Shown one piece after another: positions 10,053 to 19,822 of a stretch of DNA of 64,000 bases. Position 1 is the first letter of the stretch. Each line of letters starts with the position of its first letter. Source of the DNA: Bryobacteraceae bacterium (GTDB lineage: Bacteria; Acidobacteriota; Terriglobia; Bryobacterales; Bryobacteraceae); contig DASQLD010000221.1 of the NCBI GenBank assembly GCA_035630195.1, positions 9,528-73,527 of the forward strand, read 5' to 3'. The translations under genes were made by a program, and so were the position numbers. Under the pieces are notes generated by a model, which made no database searches, was not told the DNA's origin, and saw only the letters and a program-made list of their open reading frames with translations.

Positions 10053-11585
10053 CTATCCGTGCCGATACACAAAATACTCTGCGGCCACAACTGCAAAAAG
10101 CAACACAAGTCCGGCGCACCATTCAAGCGCTCGTTTACGGGCTCGTTGCCGTTGCTCTCCCGGTGTGAAAAAACGCGGCACACCGATCACCATGGGTAGC
10201 ACAAGACTGCTGACCTCATCTTCCGTATGGAAAGAACGATTCTTAACCTCCGCCAAAACTGCGAATGCACAACCCAAGACAAGCCCAACAGCAAGGGCGC
10301 CAAGAGCGATTTTCACACGTTTGGGTGCGGATGGACGCGTTGGTAAATTGGGTGGATCAGCCAGTCGAAATTGCTGGCCTTCCTGCCGTTTCTCGAGATT
10401 TGTGGCTAATTGAGATTCCTGTTCCTTCTTTAAAAGATCTCCATAATGTTGGCGTAGTAGATCGTAATCTCGCTGCATGGCCGTAACTTGTTGTTCTCGA
10501 ATGGGAGTCTGATTTAATCGACTTCTGTACTGATCAACTTCTGCCCGAAACTTTTGTTCCTTTTTGAGCAGAGCATCTATCTCAAATGCATTCGCCTGCA
10601 ACTGCCTCGTTAACTGAACAATCTCTAGATCATCACCAGATGTCGAAGTGCTCGCGGTGGTCTGATCTTTTTGAGGTGATGTTAAGGACTCTCCTACGCT
10701 TAGACTCTCGACCAGCTTTTGTTGCCGGGTGATTTCTTGGTCCTTCTTTACGACGTCAGGATGTTGCGGGGTGAAACTCGTGAGCAATTGTCTTCTTTCC
10801 GTCTGCAGGCGACTCAACTCGCGACGGCGATGTTCATTCAACTGCGATTCTAGATACAGTCTCTGCTGTTTTGCCTGATTGCGACTCAACGTTACGTCGG
10901 TGAGCTGATTTTCCAAACCCCGAAGAATTGCTACGTTACTTTGCTGTTGCTCCGGAAGTTCTCCAAGGTATTGCATCTTAAAGTCGCGCAATTGGTTTTC
11001 TTGGGAAGTCAGCTCGTTTTTAGTATTCTCCAGTTGCTCGTGTAAGAATGTCGTCGTGGTTGTGGCCTGCTCCGATCGGGTCTTTAGATTTTGTTCGATG
11101 AAAAGGGTGGATAGCCTGCTTGCCACCTGCTGCGCCAATTCGGGGCTGGCTGACGTAAATGAGATCCGGAACGCGTTGGCTACAATTTGGCCGGGCCTCG
11201 CAAAAGGCTCGATGGACAGATTCTCTCGCATTAATGCAATCAATTGCTCTGGTGCGAGTGTTTTTCTCTGTTTACGATAAAGGTTAAGCTCCTCTATTAT
11301 GCCAAGAAGCTTGGGTCGAGATAAAACCTCGTGCTCCATAGCTTCTAAGGCTTGGCTCACGTTGGAAGTTGTGGTAGAAACTACATAACGTTCTGAAACC
11401 TTCTGCGCATCGACTAGGATGGTTGCTTCAGAGGTATATTCGTTCGGAATACGAAAGGTCACGGCGATCGTAGCTAAAGCTATCGTGCAGCCAATTCCAA
11501 TTACTATCCATCGACGCCGAATGAACATACTCCATATCCGGTCTAAAGTCTGGCTGAAATCGTCTTCTTCTTCAAGTTCCGGCAT
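10053..11585 (-). CDS. Polysaccharide chain-length determinant (Wzz/GumC-type PCP) with a long coiled-coil periplasmic region and a C-terminal TM helix
   Basis: Wzz-type N-terminus IWSMFIRRRWIVIGIGCTIALATIAVTFRIPNEYTSEATILV. Long Q/E/L/R-rich coiled coil. Two C-terminal hydrophobic segments. Sits directly upstream of the ATPase and BY-kinase. Confidence 0.8.
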   Translation of the reverse strand: MPELEEEDDFSQTLDRIWSMFIRRRWIVIGIGCTIALATIAVTFRIPNEYTSEATILVDAQKVSERYVVSTTTSNVSQALEAMEHEVLSRPKLLGIIEELNLYRKQRKTLAPEQLIALMRENLSIEPFARPGQIVANAFRISFTSASPELAQQVASRLSTLFIEQNLKTRSEQATTTTTFLHEQLENTKNELTSQENQLRDFKMQYLGELPEQQQSNVAILRGLENQLTDVTLSRNQAKQQRLYLESQLNEHRRRELSRLQTERRQLLTSFTPQHPDVVKKDQEITRQQKLVESLSVGESLTSPQKDQTTASTSTSGDDLEIVQLTRQLQANAFEIDALLKKEQKFRAEVDQYRSRLNQTPIREQQVTAMQRDYDLLRQHYGDLLKKEQESQLATNLEKRQEGQQFRLADPPNLPTRPSAPKRVKIALGALAVGLVLGCAFAVLAEVKNRSFHTEDEVSSLVLPMVIGVPRFFTPGEQRQRARKRALEWCAGLVLLFAVVAAEYFVYRHG

Positions 11586-11699
11586 GCTTACTTTAACTCA
11601 ACTATCATGATGTGAGCTGTGCGCTCCGCTACTTGGTCAAGCAACTGTTAAGTGCTTGAAGTACAAAGTAGTGTTAGAGCGACCTGTTGTTTTCTCCGA

Positions 11700-12382
11700 A
11701 GAAACAAGTACAATCGCTGGATGTGATCTCTTCTGTGAAACTCAATAAACTCCCTTTTCGACGCCATTTCCCGTAACTCATCGGCCCATATGTTGCAAGA
11801 CCATTTCTAGAAATGTCTGCGTTCGCCACCCTCATCCGAGCAGTCATCACAGCGATGCTATCGATGCGCCGCCCTTTATAGGAATGTACCCGCCGATGCC
11901 CTCATAGCATTCTCGGCGAAATACCTGACAAGCTCGTAGACATGATCCCTGCTGATGAGCCGATAGTCTAAATACGATCATTTTCGACGAAAGGAGTGCC
12001 GACAACCCCCCAGGCGGGAATCCAGAGAAAACTATCTCCATAGAAACTCAAAATAATTACTTTCAAAGGCTAGGTCAGCTTCGGGCTTCCTACCAGGTCA
12101 TAATCGACATTTAACAGGCGAAAGTATCCAGCGCTGAAGCTGCGATCTTACCTCCACAATGTCGCTCAACCCGACCCGGCATTCTCAAGAAGTCAATCCA
12201 ATTATGCTGATTAGCGTATTGCCCCACAATTTCGTCCGTCCGATCTGTAGATCCATCCCTTACCGCTACCCACTTCAAGAAGTTGACGGTTGTTGAACTA
12301 CAGACTGAATTGTTAGTTCAGAAAATGCTTCTTTATTGCGAGCCGGTGTGATCAGAACATACCTCAATGACGGGTTTTGCAT
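11700..12382 (-). pseudogene. Degraded family-2 glycosyltransferase, paralog of the intact gene at 31254-32168
   Basis: The minus strand from ATG 12380-12382 reads MQNPSLRYVLITPARNKEAFSELTIQSVVQQPSTS then a stop at 12275-12277. After a frame change it reads KWVAVRDGSTDRTDEIVGQYANQHNWIDFLRMPGRVERH.GGK. Further shifts give VVGTPF, ACQVFRRECYEGIGGYIPIKGG and IDSIAVMTARM. All of these align with [19 protein letters not shown]...KWVIVSDGSTDGTDDILREFAARHAWIELVRMTERAERHFAGK...LVGTPF...ACQLFRRQCFEQIGGYVPVKGGCIDHIAVLSARM of 31254-32168. The 3' part is missing. The lower boundary is approximate. Confidence 0.8.
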
Positions 12383-12386
12383 GGGT

Positions 12387-13601
12387 TCACTTTCGTTCTT
12401 GAAAAACACCAGCACGGATTTCAATACACGAGGTTTCTTCTATTCTTGCAAGCAAATGGGTCATAGCCTTGAACATGGTTCCTTGGCCCCAATGAAACAT
12501 GGGTGTTTTTATCTTCTTCCACCCAAGATCTCGATAATAGAAATGTCCATCCTTCGCCTGCATGTTTCCGATAGTCCATTCAGCTACTGTCTTAGCTAAT
12601 TCCAACGACTGCGGATCGACTGACGAGAAGTATGTTAACGTATCTATCGCCTGCGCCGCACATTGGATATCAATCGGTAAACGCCTGTTGTGATAATATT
12701 TAGGGCATCCGTCAGCTTCAAAAAACGTGTTTATGAAATAACGGAAGCCTCCCACGAGATTGTTGGTAAATTCTCCATCTCCAATGCTATCTTCATATCG
12801 TTTCAAGCAATCCAGATTGTAGCCAGTGTGAAAATTATCGATCCAGTGGTACTTTGTAGCCTGTCCATAAAACCATCCCCCATCATCGTTCTGCCGTTCA
12901 CAACTGTAAATCATTGCCTGTCGGGCCAACTCCGCAGCCTCAATGTCACCCGTGCGTTTAGAAACGCAAGCCAATAAAGCCCCTCCCAACAGATTCGAAT
13001 TGTGGATAGAACTCTGCACGCCAGGAATATAGCTTATACAGATTCCCCTTTCCGTCTGTTCTCTCGGAAGCGTTTTTATCCATTCGGCAGTGCTGACCGC
13101 AACTTCTAAGTATTTGTCCTCTGCCAAGACGTCGTACGCTTCTAGAAACGCGGTTGCAATAAGGCTACTCCAGACGATTGTAGGTAGGTACTTGGGTATA
13201 GTTCCTGCTCTAGTGCAAAATGAGAAATCGTTACCCCAGCAGTACTGCTTATACCCAAGGGACCGGTTTTGCATGAGCCATTCAAAGCAATACTCGGCTT
13301 GACGGCGATAACGTGGGTCTTTCGTCACCGAATACATCTTTGTGTAGCCCCATCCCATGTACCCCATACCCTTCGTGGAAGTGTGTGGTCGTATTCCAAT
13401 CCACGGCCGTATATGGAACGGAATGCGCAGTGCGCCGGCGGTCAGCAATCGACGAAGGAAATGAGTGTCAAAGGTCAGATAGCGCAAAAAAGACAGATTA
13501 CCGTCACCGGGATCGTAGGCGCGGTATTCATGATCCTCGACCCAGCGGGCCACGTTCGCAATGCTGTTGCTCAGTGAGGTACTTTCGAGAGTGCGATCCA
13601 T
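12387..13601 (-). CDS. Hypothetical protein. A helical-repeat, possibly (alpha/alpha)6-barrel glycan-processing fold (glycosidase/epimerase/lyase-like) is suspected.
   Basis: Long clean ORF in the operon. Helix-rich with W/Y/H-rich motifs (WSSLIATAFLEAYDVL, NDDGGWFYG, HWIDNFHTGYNLDCL) reminiscent of six-hairpin enzymes. I cannot name a family. Confidence 0.35.
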   Translation of the reverse strand: MDRTLESTSLSNSIANVARWVEDHEYRAYDPGDGNLSFLRYLTFDTHFLRRLLTAGALRIPFHIRPWIGIRPHTSTKGMGYMGWGYTKMYSVTKDPRYRRQAEYCFEWLMQNRSLGYKQYCWGNDFSFCTRAGTIPKYLPTIVWSSLIATAFLEAYDVLAEDKYLEVAVSTAEWIKTLPREQTERGICISYIPGVQSSIHNSNLLGGALLACVSKRTGDIEAAELARQAMIYSCERQNDDGGWFYGQATKYHWIDNFHTGYNLDCLKRYEDSIGDGEFTNNLVGGFRYFINTFFEADGCPKYYHNRRLPIDIQCAAQAIDTLTYFSSVDPQSLELAKTVAEWTIGNMQAKDGHFYYRDLGWKKIKTPMFHWGQGTMFKAMTHLLARIEETSCIEIRAGVFQERK

Positions 13602-13614
13602 ATGATTCGATGCC

Positions 13615-14811
13615 TTAGAAGGCTTGTGTCAGCTTCGTGAGTAGGGCGACGTACTTGCGTTTCTCGCCTGTCCATGAAAAGCGTGGTCGTAGTGCAATGG
13701 ACCGTTGCCGGTAGCGATGGAGAATCTGCGGGTTTTCCGCAATGCGATCCAGCACAGATGCAAGTGAGTCGGGACTATTCGGCTCAAAAAACATGCAATC
13801 GTCCTCGCTGAGATAATGCGTAATTGCAGCGTTTCGTACGGTTACGACCGGAAGGCCGAGCGATATGTATTCGATTAGCTTCAGCGGCAAAGCGTAATTT
13901 GTGACGGAAGAGATTTCGAGAGGCACTAGGCCGACGTTGCAATCGGCTATCCGATCGACGATTGCGTGCACGGGGTAACTGCGGTTATCGAATTCGACAA
14001 CGTTCTCCAGTCGCATCGAGGCGATCATCTCTCGCAGAGGCTGGCTGAAATCGCCTTCCCCAATGAGCTTGACGGCAATGCGATCCTTGTTGCGGACTTT
14101 CTCCAATGCTTCCATCAGCAAGCGAAGGCCGGACCGCTGGACGATCGTTCCGTGGAATGCACATTTGATCCGACCGTCCACGCTGAAGGATTTCCGCAGT
14201 GGGAACATTCTCTCATCTGCAAAATTTGCAATGACCTCGACAGAGTCACGCGGCAAACTGTGTTTGACGAGAATGCCATCACGTACAGGCTCGTGGACCG
14301 TGATCACTTGGCTTGAATAGGCGGCGCTGATCCGCTCCTGCCACAGAAGAAGCCGATAAAAGAACCCTTGTTCGCCGCCCCTGAACTTCGAGGCAAACGT
14401 GTTGGGCATCGGATCGTGGATGTCCAGGATCACCTTGGTGCCAAAAACACGCGGAATGATGGTTGTAAACACTAAGAAATCGGGCATGTTGTTCACATGG
14501 ATCACCCGATAGCGGCGGCTGAAGAAAAGCATCGTGGTTTTCGCAAAGCATCTTAGGAAGAACAGGAGATACGCAACGAGATAGCTCACATGTCTACCGC
14601 CGCGATACTTCTCTTGATTTAAGCGGAAAACACGGACGCCACGGATCATCTCACTCGGCATGGCACCTGGCCTGCGCAGCGTCAGAAAATCGACATCAAA
14701 TCCGCCTTCAACCGCAGCTTCCGCTTCACGGATGACGCGTGGGTCCGACTCATAGTAGCTGTACGCCATCATGAGCACTCGATGTTGAGACGTTCCAGAA
14801 TTCAGGCTCAT
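13615..14811 (-). CDS. GT-B fold glycosyltransferase (family 4-like)
   Basis: Typical length. C-terminal donor-binding region LVPLEISSVTNYALPLKLIEYISLGLPVVT. In-operon position, with a 1-nt overlap with the downstream gene. Confidence 0.75.
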   Translation of the reverse strand: MSLNSGTSQHRVLMMAYSYYESDPRVIREAEAAVEGGFDVDFLTLRRPGAMPSEMIRGVRVFRLNQEKYRGGRHVSYLVAYLLFFLRCFAKTTMLFFSRRYRVIHVNNMPDFLVFTTIIPRVFGTKVILDIHDPMPNTFASKFRGGEQGFFYRLLLWQERISAAYSSQVITVHEPVRDGILVKHSLPRDSVEVIANFADERMFPLRKSFSVDGRIKCAFHGTIVQRSGLRLLMEALEKVRNKDRIAVKLIGEGDFSQPLREMIASMRLENVVEFDNRSYPVHAIVDRIADCNVGLVPLEISSVTNYALPLKLIEYISLGLPVVTVRNAAITHYLSEDDCMFFEPNSPDSLASVLDRIAENPQILHRYRQRSIALRPRFSWTGEKRKYVALLTKLTQAF

Positions 14812-15509
14812 TAATCAAGAATTCTCGAAGGCAGCGTTCGGATTAGATCGCGGAAAGTAGAGGTCAATCCGGCATCTGCCAGAACATTTTCGGGATGGAC
14901 TAACAAGACTACATCACGATATCGCGCGTGTTCGTACAACCACGCCACTGGAAAACGGGTTGTATCCCGCCAGGAGGGTTCGAGCCAAAAAGCAGACGGA
15001 AATACAGTTAACGTAGGGTTCGATGAAATCCGCTCAAGCGACGGATCCTCTAAGTTTCCCAAAAACAGTCGCATAGATGCTTGGCAGGCCCATTCGATAT
15101 ATTTCTCTGGCTCATATGGGGCGTAATGGTGCCATCCGAACTTTGCTCCTCCAGACCCGTGCTTAGAAATGGCTCGAATTGCTTGACCGACGTGGTCCTC
15201 AAGCAGGTTTTTCTCGTCGAGAAAGGTCGCAAACGACCGGGAGTTCTCCAGGTGCAGACCGGCTTCATGTCGTCCCATCCTGATAAGTTGGGCAATGTAT
15301 TTGGTTGGGAACGTACACCTGCGGAAAAACACATATGCGGAAGCACCAGCGTCAGTCAGCCATTTCAGCATCGTGGTGAGCTCGCTTAGATATCCGAAAG
15401 CCTGGACTCGTGGGAAATAGAAATCGGAGCTCACTCGGCTGAAAATGTGCCGGTTGATCGGTACTCTCCCATACGGACGGTCGACATCGATACGAATAAT
15501 GAGCGCCAT
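14811..15509 (-). CDS. Polysaccharide deacetylase-like protein (CE4-like / glycoside hydrolase-deacetylase beta-alpha barrel)
   Basis: N-terminal IIRIDVDRPYG (Asp pair) and GRHEAGLHLEN (His motif) resemble deacetylase motifs 1 and 2. Confidence 0.5.
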   Translation of the reverse strand: MALIIRIDVDRPYGRVPINRHIFSRVSSDFYFPRVQAFGYLSELTTMLKWLTDAGASAYVFFRRCTFPTKYIAQLIRMGRHEAGLHLENSRSFATFLDEKNLLEDHVGQAIRAISKHGSGGAKFGWHHYAPYEPEKYIEWACQASMRLFLGNLEDPSLERISSNPTLTVFPSAFWLEPSWRDTTRFPVAWLYEHARYRDVVLLVHPENVLADAGLTSTFRDLIRTLPSRILD

Positions 15510-15656
15510 TCGAGAAGGCTAATAGTAATGAGTGTGGAAGGAGTAACCGCTGATTTGGATGAACTGCTCAGTTGCGAACTGGCGGCGTTGGCAGAGCGCC
15601 AAGCCACCAGTTTCCTATTCAAGACACAGCTGTTAATTAGCGAGGATGCTTGCTGT

Positions 15657-17165
15657 TTATTTCACCGTCGTAATAAGACTGGTCGGCGGGGCAGGTGGCT
15701 GAGTGCTGCTATCGGAACCTACTTCTTGCAACGGATGCGGATAACTGTACGGGGTGTAGTGAACGGTCCACGTATTTGTTGCTGAGCAGGTGTACAGTTG
15801 ACCATCAGGCCCCGAATTCGAACTGTTCCACTCACCTTGATCGGTAGCCCAATAACCAACACCGCCCTTTCCGGCATCCTGCGATTCAGGCCCAGTTGTG
15901 CAAGTAGTGGGTCGATTCGCAAGCGTGCCAAAACCCATGCCGCTCGTTCCGTTGAAGGGACTTGTTCGGGACGTCTGTGCACTGGCCGAGACAGCTTCAT
16001 AGTAATCGCGATTGGGTTTTATGTGGCTGGCACTGTTTCCACCGCTTTCGAGCCGGATACTTACCTTTGCTCCGCTTGCATTTCGGTTCTGGAAAAGATA
16101 AATCGGTTTCAGAGTACCAGAGACATCACGTCCAGGCTGGCGCCAACACGGATATCCACGATAGGTCGTCGAGGGGCTGCGATTTCCGTCGGCATATATC
16201 ATTGTCTCCGTGCCATCGCACACGTTCGAAGCAGTGCAACTTCCTTGCGGCATCTGCGAGGCATCGGATCTGAAATGCTGTAGTGCGATGTGGCCGGCCG
16301 AGGATCCACCGACTACGTTATTGAAGGCAATGATCTCACCAGCCCCTTGGAAATGAATGTTGCGATATTGTGGTGCCTGGCCGGTCGGCGATGAGATCGT
16401 GTTTCCATACACCTCAGAGCTCATTGGACCGCCATGGCAGAGGCCGTGATTTACGAAGCGCGTGTTCAACATGTTATTGAATCGGAATACGACGCTCGAT
16501 CCCATCCAAGCATCAAGTCCACCTTCACCTAAATTTGAGTTGTTGCTGAAATTGAAGGTGTTATCTTCAACGAACAGGTTGTACTGGCTGCCCATCCGTC
16601 CTGCGGCCCACGTTTTACCACCGGTGAGCACCTTGACTCCCATGAAATTATTGGGGCCTGTAAAATTATTGTGATCGACAACACCCCATACTGCTCCAGC
16701 GCTTGACGTCTCCCCTGCAAGGATACCGATCTGGCCCGATCCGAGTGCGAACGTATTGTGGTCGACTCGCAGTTGTTGAATATCTCTCGCGCCAAATAGC
16801 CAAATCACAGCGGTTCCAGGTGAACCGGTAAATTTGAATCCGCTAATTCGAATGAGCTTGGTGATGGGTGCCGAAACGTTATCACGCAGCAACACGTCGT
16901 GCCCGTTAAAGGACACCGCACAGGAGCCCTGGCTTGCACAGATCAGCGTTACACCCTCAATGTTGTTGAGGGAAATTGGGTTTGACCATGAGTATGAACC
17001 GGTGGCGAAGGTGATGGTCGCACCATCGCTTGCACTGTTCAATGCTGTTTGGACTTCGGTAGAGGTGCTTCCGGCGGTGCAGTTCCAGGAAGTGCCGGAG
17101 CCGGAACATGCAGCCCACATCGAGATCGGAAGGAAGAAAAAAAAGAGGATGGCTATGTACTTCAT
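15657..17165 (-). CDS. Secreted right-handed parallel beta-helix protein; candidate polysaccharide lyase/glycanase of the locus
   Basis: The ORF track extends to 17228, but MKYIAILFFFFLPISMWAACSG (start 17165) is a signal peptide. The rest has Asn/Gly-rich periodic turns (HNTF, HNNFTGPNNF, EDNTFNFSNNSN, FNNMLN, FNNVVGG) typical of beta-helix repeats. Confidence 0.6.
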   Translation of the reverse strand: MKYIAILFFFFLPISMWAACSGSGTSWNCTAGSTSTEVQTALNSASDGATITFATGSYSWSNPISLNNIEGVTLICASQGSCAVSFNGHDVLLRDNVSAPITKLIRISGFKFTGSPGTAVIWLFGARDIQQLRVDHNTFALGSGQIGILAGETSSAGAVWGVVDHNNFTGPNNFMGVKVLTGGKTWAAGRMGSQYNLFVEDNTFNFSNNSNLGEGGLDAWMGSSVVFRFNNMLNTRFVNHGLCHGGPMSSEVYGNTISSPTGQAPQYRNIHFQGAGEIIAFNNVVGGSSAGHIALQHFRSDASQMPQGSCTASNVCDGTETMIYADGNRSPSTTYRGYPCWRQPGRDVSGTLKPIYLFQNRNASGAKVSIRLESGGNSASHIKPNRDYYEAVSASAQTSRTSPFNGTSGMGFGTLANRPTTCTTGPESQDAGKGGVGYWATDQGEWNSSNSGPDGQLYTCSATNTWTVHYTPYSYPHPLQEVGSDSSTQPPAPPTSLITTVK

Positions 17166-17524
17166 CGTATTTACGCCCCTTTGGGTATATATGAATTCGT
17201 GCTGCCGTGTTAACACACGGGCGCGCACTCGACAGATCGGGCGTCCCGGTACCTGTACTTGCCCAGGCTCAGAAGAGCAGAGGATTAATCCCTATCCCAA
17301 AGCCGGACAACACAGTACCCGTTCTTATCAGTCACCAGATCCTTCAGGTGGCCTCCATCATGAGTTTGCGCGCAACTCACGCTGTCGCGATAGATTGACG
17401 CATCTTCATATGCAGTTGTCTGATCATAGCATGGTACTGAATCCAAAAGGTACTAGGTATTAGCCGTCCTTTGTACTATTTTTTCACTTAGTAGTTACAA
17501 GTAATCGGCGGGGTGCATTCCGGT

Positions 17525-18718
17525 TTACTGCGTTTGGGAGGCGGACTCGGGCGGAACATAACGGCGCTCGCCTACGTGGTCCGGATGCTGTAATGCGGCG
17601 GAGATCGCCTCACCGATGACGTGATATCCATTTTTACCGGGGTGCATATCGGCGGCCGTCCGCGCGTATAGTTCCTTTCCTACGGCCGCTTGTAGTCCGG
17701 GCAGAGGGTCCACGTAGGCGATATTTGCAGAGCGAAGGAAATCGAATGTACGCGCTCGCGCCATTCGCTCGTTCGCGACCAGCTGATCGATGACGTCATT
17801 TAGTGCGATCGTTTGGTTGTGTTCCAGATACCGCGAAAACACCATTTCTTTTGTCGGGATCACGGTGACGAGAAACTTCGCGTGGTTAGTGCGGCAGATA
17901 TCGTTCATCTCCCGCAAGAGCTCAAAGGTAATCCGCATCCCTTCGCGAACCGCTTCGCTCGACTGGTCGAGTCGGATCAACATTGATTGTGGGCGAAACG
18001 CTTCAAGGATGTGTTGCTGTGGTAGGTCGAGCGTGACCGTCGAATCGTAGATTTTCGAGGCATTGCGAATCTGTGCTTCTCCCTGAAGACGGCCGAGAAA
18101 TGACCCGTGAAATGCGAGTTGGTAGGCGACGCTGTGCTGAGAAAACCATATACGTACGCGTTTGTTCCAGCTCGGCGTGTGGGGGGTCTGCCAGATGTTG
18201 AAGTTGACATCTTGGGCGGAGAGACGTCGCAGCCATGCCCAGTGGTCGAGACCGTAGGTGATCAGATATGCATTCTCAAAATCGTCACCCATGTAGAGGG
18301 CGCACACGACAGTCCGCGGCTTGAGCGTAATGCCCTTCGTCTTGAGGAGATAAAGATACTGATTTGGACCGTAGCCTCCGAGGCCCATGTTGTATACGTT
18401 TCGGCCGGTCAGGCGCGCGACGGTAGACGGCCACGAATCCTGCATGGTCGCAGTATTCCCATATGTGTGGGAGTCGCCGATAGCTAGGATGTCGGCGGTT
18501 TGGGGAACGGACGGATTTCGAAACCCCCAATCATCGATGCCCGTTCGGCCTGTCAGGTGAGGTGGCGCGGCACCGAGCACGTTATCCGGAATCATCTCGA
18601 GCGAAAGATAGTCGGCCGGGTTCAGGATGAGCCGGACTGCACCTTCGCATAAAAGAAGACTCACGCCGGCGGATATCAACAGAACGCCTGTGTTGACGAT
18701 TGTTTTATTAATCTGCAT
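17525..18718 (-). CDS. SGNH/GDSL-type hydrolase or acyl-esterase with an N-terminal membrane anchor (AlgX/AlgJ-like O-acetylation accessory)
   Basis: N-terminal TM VNTGVLLISAGVSLLLC. Block I LAIGDSHTYG, block II GLGGYGPNQY, block V-like DMHPGKNGYHVIG. Confidence 0.65.
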   Translation of the reverse strand: MQINKTIVNTGVLLISAGVSLLLCEGAVRLILNPADYLSLEMIPDNVLGAAPPHLTGRTGIDDWGFRNPSVPQTADILAIGDSHTYGNTATMQDSWPSTVARLTGRNVYNMGLGGYGPNQYLYLLKTKGITLKPRTVVCALYMGDDFENAYLITYGLDHWAWLRRLSAQDVNFNIWQTPHTPSWNKRVRIWFSQHSVAYQLAFHGSFLGRLQGEAQIRNASKIYDSTVTLDLPQQHILEAFRPQSMLIRLDQSSEAVREGMRITFELLREMNDICRTNHAKFLVTVIPTKEMVFSRYLEHNQTIALNDVIDQLVANERMARARTFDFLRSANIAYVDPLPGLQAAVGKELYARTAADMHPGKNGYHVIGEAISAALQHPDHVGERRYVPPESASQTQ

Positions 18719-18727
18719 GCGATGGTT

Positions 18728-19822
18728 CTAGCAGACTGTCCCAGTCATTGCGTTACCTTGATTCGACGTTCGGATCGGTATAGGTCCAGCGAACGGTTTG
18801 GCTGACTTCGCATATGCCCGAATGTACTTGCGGATCTTTCTTGACAAATCTGTCACTGAGGTGAACATACCTCGATCGATGACGTCTCTCTGGGTCTTGG
18901 CAAACCACAGTTCAATCTGATTCAGCCACAACGAATATGTCGGAGTCAAACCGAACCTTTGGATTCTGATCCAGAAAGTCCTGTACAGCCGATGTGTTGT
19001 GGGCCGACAGATTGTCGAGGACGATGTGAATCTCTTTTGGCCCATCGCGATGAAGAACCCGATGAAGTCAGCGCTGGTATGCCTCCGCCTGGTTTTGCTC
19101 TCTACTTTTCCGGTCTTCACGTCCAACGTCACATACAGGGACAACGCGCCTTGCGGTAATATTCAAAACATGGCGTTCGGCGCCCCCGGCGAAGTGGCAG
19201 AACCGGGATACAGTCTGTCCAGCGCCTGAATCGCCGTTTCTCGTACACGCAGAAGACACAGTATGTTGCGGCGGATTCAGGTACAGCCCAATGATGTCAG
19301 CCGCCTTCGTTTCGAAATTTGGATCCTTACTCGCCATGTAACAGTCGAGCCGGTGCGGTTGTAGTTTTGCCTGCGCCAGAATCCGCGGCACCGTTGCATG
19401 ACTCATTTTAGATCAACAGCCAGTTTGCGGCACGACCGGTGCGTGGCGCCGTCCGGCGGTTTTTGTTGCACGCGCCGGACTACTCGCGCTTGCACGGTGG
19501 GCGTTGCCGCTCTTGGCTGACTGCCTTTGTGCACGATTCAAGACCGTCAATTACCGCCTTCCTCAAAGCGAGCTTCAACCGTGCGATGGTCGGCTTGTTG
19601 TGCTGAGCGCCGTCACAATCTGCTCATATTGTCATCGCGTTTGCGAGCAACAGAATCAGCCTTGCGTGGAATACATCTCCTGCAGGCAACGTCCGAATGT
19701 GCCCACTTCGTCAATTCTTCGCGTTTGACTCTCGGTCAATTCCAGCAACTCTTCATAGCGTGCCATAACACCCAAGCGCCGTGGTTATCGACTGGGTTAT
19801 ATAATGACTGAGAGACGGTTCA
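18728..19822 (-). mobile_element. IS630-family insertion sequence with a frameshifted (inactive) DDE transposase
   Basis: Pieces read on the minus strand in different frames. From ATG 19764-19766: MARYEELLELTESQ..., ARLILLLANAM, PTIARLKLALRKAVIDGLES. From the track ORF 19068-19406: MSHATVPRILAQAKLQPHRLDCYMASKDPNFETKAADIIGLYLNPP. From the track ORF 18728-19144: LWLNQIELWFAKTQRDVIDRGMFTSVTDLSRKIRKYIRAYAKSAKPF. Imperfect terminal inverted repeat: CAGTCATT at 18742-18749 versus AATGACTG at 19803-19810, with partial outward extension. TA dinucleotides sit at both flanks. Total size is ~1.1 kb. Confidence 0.8.

Noticed and set aside
17137-17144. A8/T8 homopolymer in the signal-peptide codons (FFFF) of the beta-helix protein, as a phase-variation switch
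   Set aside because: Eight bases is at the lower limit for slippage-based switching, and the run is explained by four Phe codons. It is worth a glance in population data only.
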